Made by a program: the position numbers and the translations under genes
Part shown: positions 62,080 to 64,000 of the stretch, in pieces
Numbering within the stretch: the first letter of the stretch is position 1
Layout: each line of letters starts with the position of its first letter
Source of the DNA: Isurus oxyrinchus
Lineage: Eukaryota
Length of the DNA: 64,000 nucleotides
Assembly (NCBI GenBank): GCA_026770705.1
Contig: JANJGN010000008.1
Coordinates: 18,662,001 to 18,726,000 of the forward strand
Reading direction: 5' to 3'
The notes under the pieces: model-generated
Told to the model about the DNA's origin: nothing
Database searches by the model: none
The model's input: only the letters and a program-made list of their open reading frames with translations

Positions 62080-64000
62080 ACTGAACGTTCAGTGCTCAGC
62101 AGCGGACTCAGTTTCATACTCTTATGCCTTCACCTGCTTAGGGTCACCAGGCACGATGCTGAGCTCTTCTTCCGCTGCCTTCATCTCCGTGCTCACTTCT
62201 TTGGGCAGGAGTCCTCTCCCCGTTCAACAGACACTTTTACCTGCCTTCAATATTCTCCCTCCACCTAGACCCCTCCCCCTGGATTCTTACCTGCTCTCGA
62301 TCTTTTCATTGAGAACTGTCAGCGTGACATCAGTCGTCTTAATTTCTCTGCTCCTCTCACCCACTCTAACCTGTCTCTTTCTGAACTTGCCGCACTCCGT
62401 TCTCTCAGGTCCAACCCTGACTTTGTCATCAAACCTGCTGACAAGGGTGGTGCTGTTGTTGTCTGGCGTACTGACCTCTACCTCACAGAGGCTGAGTGTT
62501 ACCTTGCATACACTTCCTCCTACCTCCCTCTGGACCATGACCCCACCAGTGAACACCAAGCCATTGTTTCCAGGACTGTCACTGACCTCATCTCCTCTGG
62601 AGATCTTCCCTCCACAGCTTCCAAACTCATAGTCTCCCAACCTCGGACAGCCCGCTTCTACCTCCTACCCAAAATCCACAAACAGGACTGTCCCAGCAGA
62701 CTGATCGTGTCAGCCTGTTCCTGCCCCACGGAACTCATTTCTTGCTATCTTGACTTCATTCTCTCTCTCCTTGTCCAGTCTCTTTCCACCTACATCCATG
62801 ATTCCTCTCATGCCCTACATCATATCAACAATTTCCAGTGCCCTGGCCCCAGCCGCCTCCTCTTCACCATGGATGTCCAATCCTTCTTCACCTCCATCCC
62901 CCACTGGCATGGTCAGAGGGCTCTCCACTTCTTCCTCAAGCAGAGGCCCGAACAATCCCCATCCACCAATACTCTCCTCCGTCTGGCTGAACTTGTTCTC
63001 TCACTGAACAATTTCTCCTTTAACTCCTCTCACTTCCTCCAAATAAAAGGTGTGGCTATGGGTAGCCGGTTGGGCACCAGTTATGCCTGTATCTTTATGG
63101 GGTATGTGGAACATTCCTTGTTACAGTCATACTCAGACCCCCTCCCACAACTCTTTCTCCAGTACGTTGATGACTGCTTTGGTGCCGCTTCATGCTCTCG
63201 TCTAGACCTGGAAAAATTTATTAATTTTGCTTCCAATTTCCACCCCTCCATCATTTTCACATGGTCCATCACTGACACTTCCCTTCCTTGACCTCTCTGT
63301 CTCAATTTCTGGTGATAGACTGTCCACTAATATTCATATGAAGCCTACCAACTCCCACAGCTACCTCGACTACAGCTCCTCACACCCCAATTCCTGTAAG
63401 GACTCCATCCCAATCTCTCAATTCCTTCGTCTCCATTACATCTGTTCTCATGATGCCACTTTCAAAAACTGCTCCTCTGTCATGTCTTCCTTCTTCCTTA
63501 ACCCAGGTTTTCTACTCATGGTGGTTGACAGGGCCCTCAACCGTGTCCGGCCCATCTCCTGTGCATCCGCCCTCACGCCTTCTTCTCCCTCCTAGAACCA
63601 TGATAGGATCACCCTTGTCCTCACTTATCACCCCACCAGCCTCCACATTCAAAGGGTCATCCTCCGCCTTTTCTGCCAACTCCAACATGCTGCCCCACCA
63701 AACACATCTTCCCTTCATCCCCCCTGCAGCTTTCTGCAGGGATCATTCCCTCCGGGACACCCTGGTATCACTCCTCCATCACCTCCTACAGCTCAACCCC
63801 CTCCCACGGCACCTTCCCATGCAACCGCAGAAGTTGCACTACCTGCCCCTTTACTTCCCCCCTCCTCACTGTCCAAGGGCCCAAACACTCCTTTCAAGTG
63901 AAGCAGTACTTCCCTCAATTTAGTCTACTGCGTTCGCTGCTCCCAATGCAGTCTCCCTTACATTGGAGAGACCAAACACAGACTGGGTGACCGCTTTGTA
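62080..64000 (+). mobile_element. Decayed Penelope element (RT plus start of GIY-YIG)
   Basis: IKPADKGGAVVVW, FYLLPKIHKQDCP, FTMDVQS.FTSIP, LSLNNFSFNSSHFLQIKGVAMG, QYVDD, LVYCVRCSQC…YIGETK. Confidence 0.9.

Overview
Vertebrate genomic DNA, most likely from a cartilaginous fish (shark-type LINE, SINE, Penelope and Harbinger repeat families), and very rich in transposons. Reading splice sites by hand gives one intact multi-exon gene on the + strand (coding ~11795-59784, 15 coding exons, 3000 nt = 999 aa + stop). The ORF track captures it only in pieces. It encodes a type I membrane protein: signal peptide, eight Ig domains arranged as a genomically duplicated (V-C2-V-C2)x2 cassette with CD4/LAG-3-type features (WxC in D4 and D8), one uncharged TM helix, and a ~126-aa tail with two ITIMs (IHYGSI, VIYAQV) plus a YxxL. 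The tail lacks CD4's Lck-binding CxC/CxH motif. D1 and D5 have no cysteines and D6 has an unpaired cysteine. The two cassettes show a patchwork of near-identical and highly diverged blocks. An inverted copy of part of the D5-D6 intron lies upstream (~2.1-2.9 kb), hinting at a paralog cluster. The rest is decayed or nested mobile DNA: two PIF/Harbinger elements, CR1/L2/Tx1 LINEs, Penelope elements with hammerhead-like motifs, an internally deleted Gypsy element with both LTRs/PBS/PPT/TSD, solo LTRs and SINEs. Family assignments come from motif recognition only; no database search was run.
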